A stretch of 64,000 nt of DNA from Takakia lepidozioides (lineage: Eukaryota; Plantae; Bryophyta). Below the pieces are notes generated by a model. That model saw only the letters and a list, made by a program, of their open reading frames with translations, did no database searches and was not told the origin of the DNA. Below are positions 1 to 11,300 of the stretch, one piece after another. Both the position numbers and the translations under genes were made by a program. How positions within the stretch are numbered: position 1 is the first letter of the stretch; each line of letters opens with the position of its first letter. The stretch spans positions 21,824,001 to 21,888,000 of the forward strand of contig CM060732.1 in assembly GCA_030704615.1 (NCBI GenBank), given 5' to 3'.

Positions 1-1476
1 GGGATTTCTCATGAGTCCACTGCACTTGGTCACCTCTTGTCCTGTTATTCAAGGTCAAAAGCTGAAGCTCTTCTAGACAGTTAATTAACCCTCTGCCATT
101 AGAATTCAGCTCGTCCTCACCAAAAGGTCCAATGATATCGTCCTGATGGATCCCTTTGCCCACCCGGGCATTGAAGTCCCCCAATAGTACCACCTGACCT
201 TGGGCAAGGAACGAAGCACAGTCCAGCTTTACATCTTCGAAGGCCTTGTCTGCGTCAGCACTAAGGGTCCCCTCTGTGGGCATGTAAACACAACCAACAA
301 AGAGGTCCTTTGTACTCATGTCGCCCTTCAGATTCAGTTTTAGCCAGATACTATGCTCGTACCTCAAACCCTTGTTGATAATTTCACAATTGTCAAACAA
401 GAAATCACGGACAAAGAATCCAACCCGCGTTTGGCAGAGGCTGCCTTGAGAGTACACATCTTACCTGCCCATTTATAACCATTGACATCTCCAACCAGTT
501 TATCCGACGTTTCCCATGTTTCTTGCCCAGCACAGATATGAATATCATTAGTCCGAAGAACTTGTCCCACTTCGAGTTGTTTCCTTTGGTTGGTCAACCC
601 TGAGAAGTTGAAAGTGGCCAGCCGCAAGCCAGCCCTTTGCATGTGAATTGTTTGTCGTCTAGGTAGCTTGTGATTGCTCCTGGACGGCCAACCGTTCTGC
701 AAAGTGGGGACAGTTACCCCATGTGTAGATTTTGCTCGTCTTGTGTAAACTTTGAGAATTGGTAAACCATTCAGGGTACCAAATCTTTCAGTTACACGAC
801 GCACAGGCTCCACACACATAGGGGCAGATTGTCCGTCAGACTGCTTGGGGACAATTACCCCGTGTATAGATTTTGCTCGTCTTGTGTAGACTTTGAGGAT
901 TGGTAAACCATTTAGAGTACCAAATCCTTCAGTTACACGACGTTCAGGCTCTGCACACTTGGGGACAGATTGTCCATCTGACGGCTTGCGGACAATTACC
1001 CCGTGTATAGAATTTGTTTGTCTTGTGTAAACCTTGAGGATTGGTAAACCATTCAGAGTACCAAATCCTTCAGATTCAGGACGTTCAGGTTCCGTACATT
1101 TAGGGGCATCTTGTCCTTCTGGCTGTTTGGATTCAACCTCATCCAGAGCATCAAACCGATTAGAAACTCTCAAGTTGAAGTCGTTGCCCTTGGTTGTCTT
1201 CCTAGAGCGCCCCATTGAATCACCAATGTCTAAGACCGCTCTCCAGCCAGTCAAGGGACGAACTTCTTTGAGATTGAATTGATGCGGGACTCTATTAGAA
1301 GCACTTTTGGTCATTGCAACCTTCAACGTACCCCTGTTATCAAGTCTCGAGATGGTACCATTAGCCATGAAATCCAAGCCTAAGCTAGAGCATGTAGTTT
1401 TAAAGGACACATCGTCCATCCCGGGATTCACCCCAAAAACTACACATGAAGCCCTAGATTTGGCATAAGTAACCAA
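1..1476 (-). mobile_element. LINE retrotransposon 5' part: ORF with apurinic-type (APE) endonuclease, frameshifted, running off the window start
   Basis: ORF 1476-364 ends in LATFNFSGL...ICAGQETW. After a frameshift the minus strand continues GFFVRD...SIWLKL...VGCVYMP...VVLLGDFNARVG...NSNGRGLI, the typical LINE EN motifs. Confidence 0.75.
706..1128 (-). repeat. 141-bp (47-aa) tandem repeat, about 3 copies, inside the LINE ORF
   Basis: The g(g/c)ggaca(g/a)ttacccc motif recurs at 706, 847 and 988. The protein repeats FGTLNGLPILKVYTR three times. Confidence 0.9.
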
Positions 1477-2030
1477 TTCCCAGGGATCACCCTGAGGAGT
1501 GTTGATGTTGATAGGAGCTAAATTTTTGATTGTTCTCGCAGGCTATAAGTTTAAGCCCAGGAACCAACCCGAGCCCAAGTGCCGAGTATGCTAGACAGAG
1601 CATACGACTGCCCAATTTGGGCGGAGGGGCTGCCCCCAAGCGGTAGGAGTCCGCTTGTTACCATTCAGAGATCACACTCCAGGGAGTTGCAGGGAATGGC
1701 CCGTGTAGGCATATTCTAAAGAGGGAAAGGCCCCAAGCTTTCCAACTAAATCCAATGCACTACCTTACCTGAAGCAAAGCGCTTCAGGTCCAAGGACACG
1801 AGGTCACAAGGCCGGCATTTAGTCACAGAGACATTAATGTACTCCCGTATCAAGTCCACCCAATGTCAATAGGCTTCCTAGAGGACAGGGAGAATGTGGG
1901 CATGAGAGAGAGCAACATTATGCCAATCCCTGAGCTGCAGGACATGCGAGCTTAGGAATACCTGCATTTGATTCCCGAACTGCTTCCTTTATTTCTAGCA
2001 CCTTGCTCTCTTTATCGTCTCATCTATAGT

Positions 2031-2123
2031 ATATCCTTTGTGCATACAAAACCCATGAGAATGGTTCCCATCTGTTTGTGATTGGTGAGGGCATGTTCAA
2101 AGTGATACTTAACAAAGCATTAC
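2031..2123 (+). other. U12-type (minor spliceosome) AT-AC intron
   Basis: 5' splice site ATATCCTTT at 2031, branch-like TACTTAAC at 2106-2113, terminal AC at 2122-2123, directly before the HSBP-like coding sequence (TT GAT GAG ATG). Confidence 0.7.
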
Positions 2124-2302
2124 TTGATGAGATGGGGTCGCGCATTGATGATTTAGAGAAGAGCATCGGTGAATTGGTGAAGGAGGCAGGTGTTGATGTC
2201 CCTGCTTCTCCCTCACAATCTGGAAGTGCGCTCACACAATCTAACCAAGTTCAAGTTCCTCCCTATTATGGTGAAGATGCCGGGAAGCGTGAACCCAAGT
2301 GA
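2124..2302 (+). pseudogene. HSBP: Heat shock factor binding protein (HSBP1/EMP2-like) last exon; upstream exons not in the window
   Basis: DEMGSRIDDLEKSIGELVKEAGVD matches the HSBP coiled-coil C-terminal half. Sequence upstream of the intron has an in-frame TAG and no HSBP similarity. Confidence 0.7.
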
Positions 2303-3039
2303 AGGCTTGTACCTTTCTGCGGCGAGCCGTTGCAGCTTGTTGGTATTTTGGAAGGCTATTTGGCGGAGTGTGAAAGTGCTGTTTTATACATTGTTGCAGG
2401 GGTACCTTGCATGACATTGTGTCAAGTGTGGTTGGTGTGAGTGTCTGCTTACCAGATGTGACAAGGCATTAAACCCATAACATGGTGCAAAGACAGGTCA
2501 ATGCCCCATTCGCAAACCTAGCCGGTAGCTGGGCTGAACAGATTTAGTTGATTCACATTTGTGGGTGTGACTGGAATCAATGATTCTAAATACTGAATTT
2601 GTGTATCAAGCACTGGTAGCATACAATTGCATTGCTTTCTCATCTTGAGAATCCGAAATTCAGGAACGGGGTGCATCTCCAGGTGTATTACCATGTCTCT
2701 ATGGGAAAGACAGGTGGTAATGATGGCTCTGACTGGTAGAAAATCTATTATCTTGGTATGCAGACTGGAAAGAATACTGTCGATGTGGCAAAAGTACCAC
2801 ATGGCAAAGACATCAAGTTCTCCACAGTTTTGGACCTTCACATGTGTTGTAGTTGTGTCAGATAGTTTGACAGGTTGTCAGCTGTCATGATGCTCACATT
2901 TTATGCTTTGCAATATCCATGCCAGCACACTCTGGAAATGCCCGGCCCTTGGTCAGGAACTTTCACTTGCATCTGGGAGCGCTGAATCTGAGTCCCCACA
3001 ATTGACCAAAGGCAGTAGTCTTTCAGGGTGAAGGGGCAC

Positions 3040-3168
3040 CATAAGTTACACCTGCTTTGGCACTTCTGAGTTCTTGGAAAGTTATCATTTCCCTTTCAAT
3101 TTCTTCCACTTCCTTTGAAGCTCCTGAACAAAATCAATAGCATCAGCTATTATAGATGCTTTGTCCAT
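3040..3168 (-). pseudogene. bHLH transcription factor exon remnant (helix 2/zipper)
   Basis: ttgcag|ATG GAC AAA GCA reads MDKASIIADAIDFVQELQ, the conserved post-intron bHLH segment. A frameshift follows and no basic-region exon was found. Confidence 0.65.
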
Positions 3169-3240
3169 CTGCAAGTTAAAGATATGTCATGTCCAGTACT
3201 ATGAGGTAGACACCTGGACGGTTTTTGTTTTTAATACGGC

Positions 3241-3395
3241 TTGGGATGGGCGGTGGGCCCCCTTCTAGAAGACTCCACCACCGCCTCCAAAAACTATATA
3301 AGGAGGGTTTATTAGGATTCTCCCGCATCCCTTGGTGGGTTCTTCAAGCAGGGCCCTTTACAAAAAAAAAATTGGAACCTCAACCATCATTTAAT
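3241..3395. repeat. Dispersed short repeat family, copy 1
   Basis: ggcccccttctagaagactccaccacc...aattggaacct(c/g)aaccat is shared with about 9280-9560 and 11100-11300, and partly with 11530-11640. Confidence 0.65.
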
Positions 3396-3449
3396 TAAAA
3401 GATCTCTTTACTATGTAACAACAACAACTACTGAGAACATCAAATATTC

Positions 3450-4308
3450 GGGGGTTGATAGGACGTGAACGGTGAGCACAAACCCACATGGGGGTTTTAT
3501 ATTTTTAAACCGTGGTCATAGGAGTTATATGTTTTCAAAACGGAATTAAACCATTGGCGGATATAAAGACACGGTGCATTTATAGGGTTTCTCTGCCTAT
3601 TTCTGTCCCAAAACCCAAAACCCTAATACGGAATAGACACACATAATGTATATCTACAAGCTCAAAGTTCCACATATCTAGAGCTTTGGTATCCTACAAA
3701 AGAATAACACATTAGGGAAAAACAAAGTCACAATAACCAACACCATCCAAAACATACAAATAACCAAACAATAGTTGAACAATTTAATATAATGAGGCAA
3801 ACAAGGTATCGGTTTTACCATCGAAATAATGGATTTCGCCAACGAAATAGTAGGTTTTACCAGCGAAATAATACGTTTTGCTAGCAAAGTTGGATTTCGC
3901 CAGTGAAATAAGGGGTTTCGTCGACGAAATTTTCAGGTATCGCAGCGTAAGTCATTATCCTATGGTTTAGTGGGCGAAACAAAATGTGTTGTGGTTGGTT
4001 TTGCATATAAGAGATGACGTGAGATTGTTTTATTTCGCGTACGAATTGTTATGTGCTTGTGCGTATAGGAAAATAAACCACGGAAATAGGATACCCGTCC
4101 ACATGTATGACTCATTTTGTGTATATTTCTCCGGTGCCTATTTCTCTTCGTGTGGTTTGTGCTCACGTGAGCACAAGTATGCTCGTGAGCACAAATTGCA
4201 CATTTTAGTTTCGCTATCGCATCTTTTCAAGAATATTCTTGGAATTTCTGGTATATCCTTTTCTGCTCACGTGAGCAGGCTCAGGCTCATGCTCACGTGC
4301 TAAAACCT
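3450..4308. mobile_element. Non-autonomous DNA transposon, Mutator-like
   Basis: 9-bp direct repeat caaatattc at 3441-3449 and 4309-4317. Imperfect terminal inverted repeats (ggttgataggacgtgaac / gctcacgtgctaaaacc). Internal ~21-bp cgaaat repeats and gctcacgtgagc palindromes. Confidence 0.6.
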
Positions 4309-4999
4309 CAAATATTCCAGGCTCCCATTTCACTTCTCTTGTGCGTCAGCACCACCATCAGAACAGAAGCTGCAGGGAAAGAACTCTCCAAAGATGATGA
4401 GCACTGGTGTCCTTATGGTGTTGTCCTCTCCTTTCTCCAGAACTTGCGTACTCCTGCTCAATAATAACTAACCTATGTTTATGAACGCACCTTATATCTT
4501 TACTCTCCCGTTGTATCTGGCAAATTTAACAGTTGCAAGAAGGAGATAGATGAGAACTTCGGACTCATGATTGAACCAATCCTTTGGGAAGTTATTATTG
4601 CATTTCGTGTGCATGATGAAGGTAGATCGTGGATTCACTATGTGACTCTTATGCCAGACTACTTGGCAAGAATTTGTATACATATTGGTCGTCCAAGCAT
4701 ATCTCTTGGGAAGATGTGATCACCAATTTTTGGGAAGAATGTGGAAAATTGGTCTCCACAGTTTTGGTTGCATTTGGCAACTCTCAATGGCAATTGGTGA
4801 CTAATGTACAAGGTTTATACAATACAGTCTAGCTTGGCACCATGCAGCCCCAAGCTGAATGAGCTTGCCCACAGGAGCGATCGGTTGGGCTAGAATATGT
4901 GCCCACAATGTTGGTGTCATGATGGGTTGTTGAATGAATATGTGCACTACGTCAGGCAGCTAAAGCTATGGAGGTTTGGAGGCAAAAGATCTGGATGAC

Positions 5000-7900
5000 T
5001 TAAATCATTTCCACATGGCTTTCAGATGGCATGGTTGGCTCTTTGGAATCTAGAGCAATCTCTTCTATCTCCACCACACTACTAGTCCTTCCAATCGTAG
5101 CTTTTTGGTTTTCATCCGAAAGGTTGAATGCTTGTTCCAATCGCCCAATAACCTCTGTCATCGAGGGCCTCTCTTTCCCCTCTTGTCTCACACAATGCTC
5201 TGCCACTTCTGCCATGATAGAAACTGCCTCCATCTCCATCCCTTGGGGGGGTTGCAGTGCGGTATCTAAGATTGAGAGCATTTCATCTCCCAAAATTGGG
5301 GGGACTGAAATATCGACTACGCTTGCAGGCCCTGTGTTTCTCTTGTGGATGGCCTTCTTGCCCGTGAGCAGCTCCATCAACACAACCCCAAAGCTATAGA
5401 CATCGCTCTTGGTTGTCAGGTGTTGCAAGCGGTAATACTCAGGGTCCATATATCCTAGGGTGCCTGCTGCAGCCAGGGACAAGTGTGACCTCTCTGAGGG
5501 TCCCATAAGAGAGAGGCCAAAATCTGACACCCTTGCAGCCCATGTGGAATCCAGCAGGATGTTGGAAGATTTGATGTCTCTATGGATAATGGGGGGCACT
5601 GCATAGGTATGAAGATACTCGATTCCTCGTGCAGCTTGCAATGCAATTTTGATTCGTATGTGCCAAGAGGATAGAGCTGTACTCCTTTCTCTGTGTAAGT
5701 GGTCATAAACGGTTCCATTAGGGATATACTCATAGACCAGCAGTCTCTCATCCCCCTCATCACAGTAGCCAACCAGACTAACCAAGTGTTTGTGGTGGAC
5801 TCGAGAAAGGAACTCTATCTCTGTCTGGAATGCACTTTCGTTCTCCTCAACCTTTTTTGAGCTCGCTTTGTCTGCACGCTTGATGGCAACTTCACGTCCG
5901 TCAGCAAGCACTCCCCGATATACAATCCCGAAGCTGCCTGCCCCTATTCTGTTTCTCTCCTGGAAGTTTTCTGCTGCAGCGGCCAGCATGTTAAAGCTGA
6001 ATATGTCTGCCCTGCTCAAGAACTCGCGCCTACTCCTGTTTGCATAAAAATTTGAGCGTCAGACTTGTTTGAAGGGGACTCTCGATGTCACAACCACAAA
6101 AAGGGCAACAAATAATCCTATGTCGTTAGTGAAAACTCTCTGGGGAACGTAGACATGGGGAAGTCTATAGTGAGCTATTGATTTGGGCTTGCGGGGTTTT
6201 GTGATAATCCTTGAGGCCATGGTGATGGGTCCAACCGCCCATGAAACTCAGAGCCCCTCGCCAATTATCAATGTGCTTGATGACTGGTTACGACCGGCAC
6301 CTAGCTTATTCCCCTTCCTAGTACTAATCCCAGCAGCGCAATTACTAATTGCGAGCACATACAGCTCAAGATTCTTTGAGAAAATATGGCAACCAGGGGA
6401 TTGACAGTGCTCATTGAGCCCCAATGCTCTAGGAGCTGCATAGCTGCATTTCTCTGGGTAGAGAACAGGGGAAACATGCAGCCAAACAACTCTATCATTG
6501 AGGAATGCAGAGAGAATATTACCTATTTGAAGACCTTGTCACCTGCAACCTTGGAACACTCCTGATCGGTGTGTTGGCAGGGGCGGCACCTTCCTGGGTA
6601 TAGAAAATCTCTGCTGAGTGATGGACTCGGCCACTGCTTCGAGAATTATAGCTACAAGACAAATGCCAAGTGACTTTGACCTTTTTGAGCTGGTTCCGAT
6701 TACACAGGCACCATGCGATCGACATCAATCCTATCAGACCTCCCACCGTACCTAGCACACAGATGATAATGACAATCCATCTTTTCGGGCGCAAGGAAAG
6801 ACTGCTTGATGGTGGTGGTGTAGCGGAGAGGGTGGCGGGAGGAGGGGAAAGTGTTTTAGGTGCAGGAGCAGACTGGGGGGATCGAGAGGGTGAAGGAAGA
6901 AGCAATTGAGGGGAAGGACTGTCGGATGATGGTGGTGTAGCCGAGACGGCGAGGGGAGGAGAGGAAGCTTTGGGTGGGGGATAAGACTGGGGGGATCCAG
7001 CAGGTGAAGGAAGAAGTGAACACTGGCGGTCCCCTTCCTTTCCACAACTCTCTGATTGGTAGTAGCCCGTGGGACACCCAACGGTGCAAGAAAGGCAGAC
7101 AAACTGAGCATCAAGTTTGCAAACATTGGCAACGCCCCTTGTGCTGTTCCCATAGAACTGATAGGTGCCAGAAGGGCAAGAGGTTTCTGTACAATTTCCT
7201 GGTGTAATTTGCAAAGAGGAAGGGAACTGCAAGGCATCACTGAACCTCTTCCCCCAGCAAACCATCGAGAGATCGCTCATCTTGATACCACAGGTGTAAT
7301 AGTCGGCAGCAGCTATGGCAGAAAATTGAATCCCTGAGGGAACTGTGAGCTGGGCAGATGAGTTATCTCCCCAACATTGTGCCTCATGGTTATCTGCCCG
7401 CAACCCACAACTGTGTGATGTCCCCAACGCGAGCGCTGTGTAATTACCGGTGGGGGGGCTTGATTGACCGAACGAATTGTCTCCCAAGCACTGCACACTG
7501 TCGACCTCACCTTTTGTGATCCCGCACACATGGCGACTGCCTGCATTGATTGACTGGTACTGACCCCGCGATCCATTAAGATTCAAGATCTGAGTGTCGC
7601 CCCAACAGACCGTTTCAGAAGCTGAGTTAATCCCGCAGGTGAAATTGGCCCCAGCTGTAAGAGTGCTAAAAGATGCATTATGGCGCCCGCCTTGCCCATA
7701 CGAGTTGCTCCTCCAGCAATCAACCGATCCATCGATAGTCCGAAGGCCGCACACATGCGATTCCCCCACTGCGATTTGTGTGTAACTTCCTTTGTTGAGA
7801 CGAGTTGATCTGGACGTATTACTGGTAGCCCAACAGAAAGGCTGTCTACTAGACTCCCGAAGTCCACAGAAAAATCCCTTCCCGCCAGCCAGCCCAAAAA

Positions 7901-8459
7901 ACGATTCCCTGGTGCTGGCTATAGAGGATACAGTATTGCTAGTAGAGTTCCAACAGCCAACTGAATGGTTCCCAGCAAGAATTCCACAGACTGTCGTACC
8001 GCTGCTGAACGGTGCAGCTACGGTGGACATGGATCCCAGCCCCTGAGTGGTTGACACAAGGAATGCGAAAAAAATGGTACATATTGACAAGAAAGAGAAG
8101 GGTGTGGCGACCGTGGGACTACATTGACCCACCAGCAAGGGCGCGGCCGATCGTTGCCTCCCGTGGTCGCTGTGAGTTGCTCCTCTCCACCATTTCCCTG
8201 TACAGTCCCCTCTATTCCCCGCGAAAGACTCGTCGAAACACGATGCTTCGCTGGCCGGAAGGATGATGCCTCCTTTCCCTCTTTCTAGTCCACCTAAACC
8301 AGGCCTGATCTCCGTGTAGCCCAGAAACAGTTGCTCGATTATCCTTGCAAAAGCGGACCACTTCCCAGCAGCTGAAATGGGCCCGCAATTTATAAAGCTA
8401 CCAGTGTTCTCTCCACTGTATCCAAGTCGGTGGCAGACATGATTGAAGGCCCTTCCCAT
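5000..8459 (-). CDS. CRINKLY4-related receptor-like kinase; exons 8459-6523 and 6035-5000, about 990 aa from the first ATG
   Basis: GLGSMSTVA mature N-terminus, crinkly/RCC1-like repeats (CWG, HVCG), TNFR-like Cys region, transmembrane helix and a complete kinase (GAGSFG, VAIKR, HRDIKSSN, DFG, GTLGYMDPEY). The GT-AG intron 6522-6036 joins the two ORFs in frame (AG|G). Confidence 0.9.
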
Positions 8460-9279
8460 CTAGGCTCTCCACACACAGGTACGATCGCCAGATCACAATG
8501 CGCTGGCAAATGAAACTGCATTCTCTACCAACTTCGAGAAGAACCCAGGCTACCTATTTGGATAGTTGCAATCCGTGAATGAGCAAGCAAACACAGGCCT
8601 TGGGCGCCAGTATACCGATTTTCTCAACGATTGCCTCCTTTTTCCTCTCACGAGTTGTCTTGAATTGAAACAGCGGAGCATAAGCCCCTTCACAGCAGTA
8701 CAGACAGAGACAATGAGCGAGTCTTTGAGTGTGACTGCGGGTTGTGACCCCTGAGACGGTAGGTGTATGGATATGCACATTTACGTGTGCCAGGTTTGTG
8801 AGTGAGAAAGGCGTTGAAAGTTGCAACTGTGTCCAAGGAAGTTGGTCAGAGTGGGCCTGAGGTGTACCGCGTAGGTAGAGCGGGAGACTCCACATAACCG
8901 GGGCGATGACTAATCAGACAAGCTCAGTCAAGAGAGAAAAAGTAAAGTCACACACACTTCAGCATGGGCTCTTAGTTCCCAAAGAAAGTTGCCACAAGAA
9001 ACGTTGTCACTGAGAGCTGGAACTTCCGGGGTAGCTTCTCCTCACTGTTCCATCCAAGTAGCTTCCTTTCCTCTCTTTTTGAAACCCCCGCACAAAAATG
9101 AAGAGCGTCAACCCCGTTAGCCCAGTGGAAACTGATTTGCTTTGTCCTACCTAGTACTCTACATATCCTTCATCAAGGGTCCCATATTTGGCAGAGGGGC
9201 TGTTCCAGAAGGTCGAAAGAAAGGAGAGCATTGGAGCAGCCAATGGGGAGGGAGGGGACGGACGTTGGATTGGGTGGAA

Positions 9280-9560
9280 TATGAGGCCCGGTGTAGAGGC
9301 GAGCATAGAAGTAGGAGGTGGGCCCTCCTTCTACTTCTAGAGCTTTCCAGATCCGGGATGTGGGGGGTGGGGATGAGCCGTTTGGCCCCCTTCTAGAAGA
9401 CTCCACCACCCCCTTGAGAGAGTATATAATGAGGGCGAGGGCTACATTTTATAAGTTTCTTCCGGCTCCATCTCACTTTGGTGGGCTATGCAAGCACACC
9501 CCATCAGAGAAAGTAATTAAAAAATAAATAAATAATTGGAACCTGAACCATTGGTTAAGG
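9280..9560. repeat. Dispersed short repeat family, copy 2
   Basis: Same motifs as 3241-3395 and 11100-11300. Confidence 0.65.
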
Positions 9561-9607
9561 GGGAGCCACATCCTCCTACTTCTACAGTTTCTGGCATGGG
9601 TTTTTTC

Positions 9608-10553
9608 CAGTGTTGTGCGGGTCCGGGTTTTGAAGCCGGGTACCCGGCGGGTTAGGATCCGGGTTACCCGTACCCGCAACCGGACCCGTGCTATCACAAA
9701 AAACCCTGACCCTGACCCGGGTTCATTTCTAAAATGAACCCGGAACCGGACCCGGACCCGCCTGCTGGGTCCAGACCACCTTAAACCCGCTACATGGGGG
9801 CCAATGTAGCGGGTCAGGGTCCGGGACTTAATTTTAGATGGGGCATGCGGGGTCCACCTTAGATTTGGTAGATTTGTCATATGTGTGGAGGGGACGAGCA
9901 GCAATAGGCCACTGCAGCAGCCAACCCCCACCACGTTATAGCCCAGTGGTAATGCCCACATACCACCTCAAAAGCGGTTGTGAGTTCAATCCACGGAGTG
10001 GTGTCACAAAGTTGTGCCCTGTGGGACCATAATTTACACCTCCCAAAGGAGGCATCATATATTATTATTAGGCCAGATCCCACACATCCATGCTATAGTG
10101 ATCTACCCTTGAGGCATATTCCTATTCTTAACATATTTAAAGAATTGATATTGAAAAATAGAAAATGGAGCTCAAACTTCTATTTTAATTCTTATTCGTG
10201 GTATACATACTCATATTCATGGTATATTTTGAAGGAATGTCTCTTAAAATAAAATTTATTATTAGGATTTAAAGTTTTTTCCAGCCAAAAATAATTTTAT
10301 CCCTAATTAATCTTATTTTTCTAATTTATTTAATCAGTAAATTGGACCCGGATCCGAACCCGTGAACCCGCTAATATTTCCCAACAACTACCCGGACCCT
10401 AACCCGAGTCCGTGTTGACAAACCCGGACCCGAACCCGGACCCGGATTTTCCAGATTTCAAAAACCCGGATCCGGACCCCGACTTGGCTCCAAAAAAAAA
10501 CCCGCACCCGGACCCGGCGGGTTCCTTAAAAAGGCATAACCCGCACAACACTG
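9608..10553. mobile_element. Non-autonomous hAT-type element (946 bp)
   Basis: Perfect 15-bp TIRs CAGTGTTGTGCGGGT / ACCCGCACAACACTG. Identical 8-bp TSD gttttttc (9600-9607, 10554-10561). Dense subterminal acccg/gacccg repeats at both ends. Confidence 0.9.
9932..10070 (+). mobile_element. tRNA-derived SINE nested in the hAT element
   Basis: Box A TAGCCCAGTGG (9939), box B GAGTTCAATCC (9982) and an AT-rich tail. A homologous copy lies at 18363-18530. Confidence 0.6.
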
Positions 10554-10609
10554 GTTTTTTCTTCTTTGTCATCGTCTTCTCTGAAGGTGGAAAGATAAAG
10601 TTTCTTTAA

Positions 10610-10750
10610 CGTCCAGTGAATTTACTGACACACAGGCCATCGAGGGCCCAATGGACGGTCTGAAGGCTCATGTTGAAGGATTGAACCCAGGATCACCTAG
10701 GTTATGCACAGGCAAGGCACAAACACCCAACCACTGGGCTACCTGCTCAA
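10610..10750 (-). mobile_element. tRNA-derived SINE-like sequence
   Basis: Minus-strand box A TAGCCCAGTGG (10741-10731) and box B GGTTCAATCC (10687-10678). No full cloverleaf seen. Confidence 0.45.
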
Positions 10751-11099
10751 GTGCGGAAAGAAAGGAGAGCAATGCAGCGGCCAAATGGGGAGGGAGGCCA
10801 CTGGGCAGTGTTTTAAATCTGGCAAAAAATCGCCAGATTTCGACCTGGAAAATGGGTCGGCTACTTCTATTAAGGAATTATGGGAGTAAAAATCAGAAAA
10901 TTCGCCAGAAAGCGCCAATGGTTAAATATCAGGAGCCAGAATTGTCCTACGTGGACCTGTTGAAATGTGACGCCTATTATATAGCCACTTTTCTAATCCT
11001 CCCACCTCGTTATTCTCGCCACATGTGCACTGGGTAGAATTTACATGTAGCCTTTGAGGCGATAAGTGAAAAAAAAAAAACACTGCCACTCCGTGTTGG

Positions 11100-11300
11100 A
11101 GTGTGAGGCCATGTGTAGAGGAGAGCATAGAACTAAGATATGTGGGGCGATGGGCCTTCCTTCTAGAGTTTTCCACAGACGTAGGATGAGGTGGTGGGCC
11201 CCTCTTTCTGGAAGGCTCCACCACCTTAGTTTGGTGGGCTCTGCAAGTAGGGCCCTTAAAAAATTGTGAATTGGAACCTGAACCATCTTCAAATGAGTAG
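11100..11300. repeat. Dispersed short repeat family, copy 3
   Basis: gtgtagagg(a/c)gagcatagaa...ggctccaccacc...aattggaacctgaaccat is shared with copy 2. Confidence 0.6.

Noticed and set aside
2078-2302. Stand-alone 74-aa protein
   Set aside because: The first 15 codons lie in the U12 intron and begin at GTG. Only the 3' part is HSBP-like.
9932-10070. tRNA gene
   Set aside because: A and B boxes are present, but there is no convincing cloverleaf, and a diverged tailed copy exists, which fits a SINE.
10806-11032. CAGTG...CACTG bounded MITE
   Set aside because: Only a 5-bp terminal match and no clear TSD.
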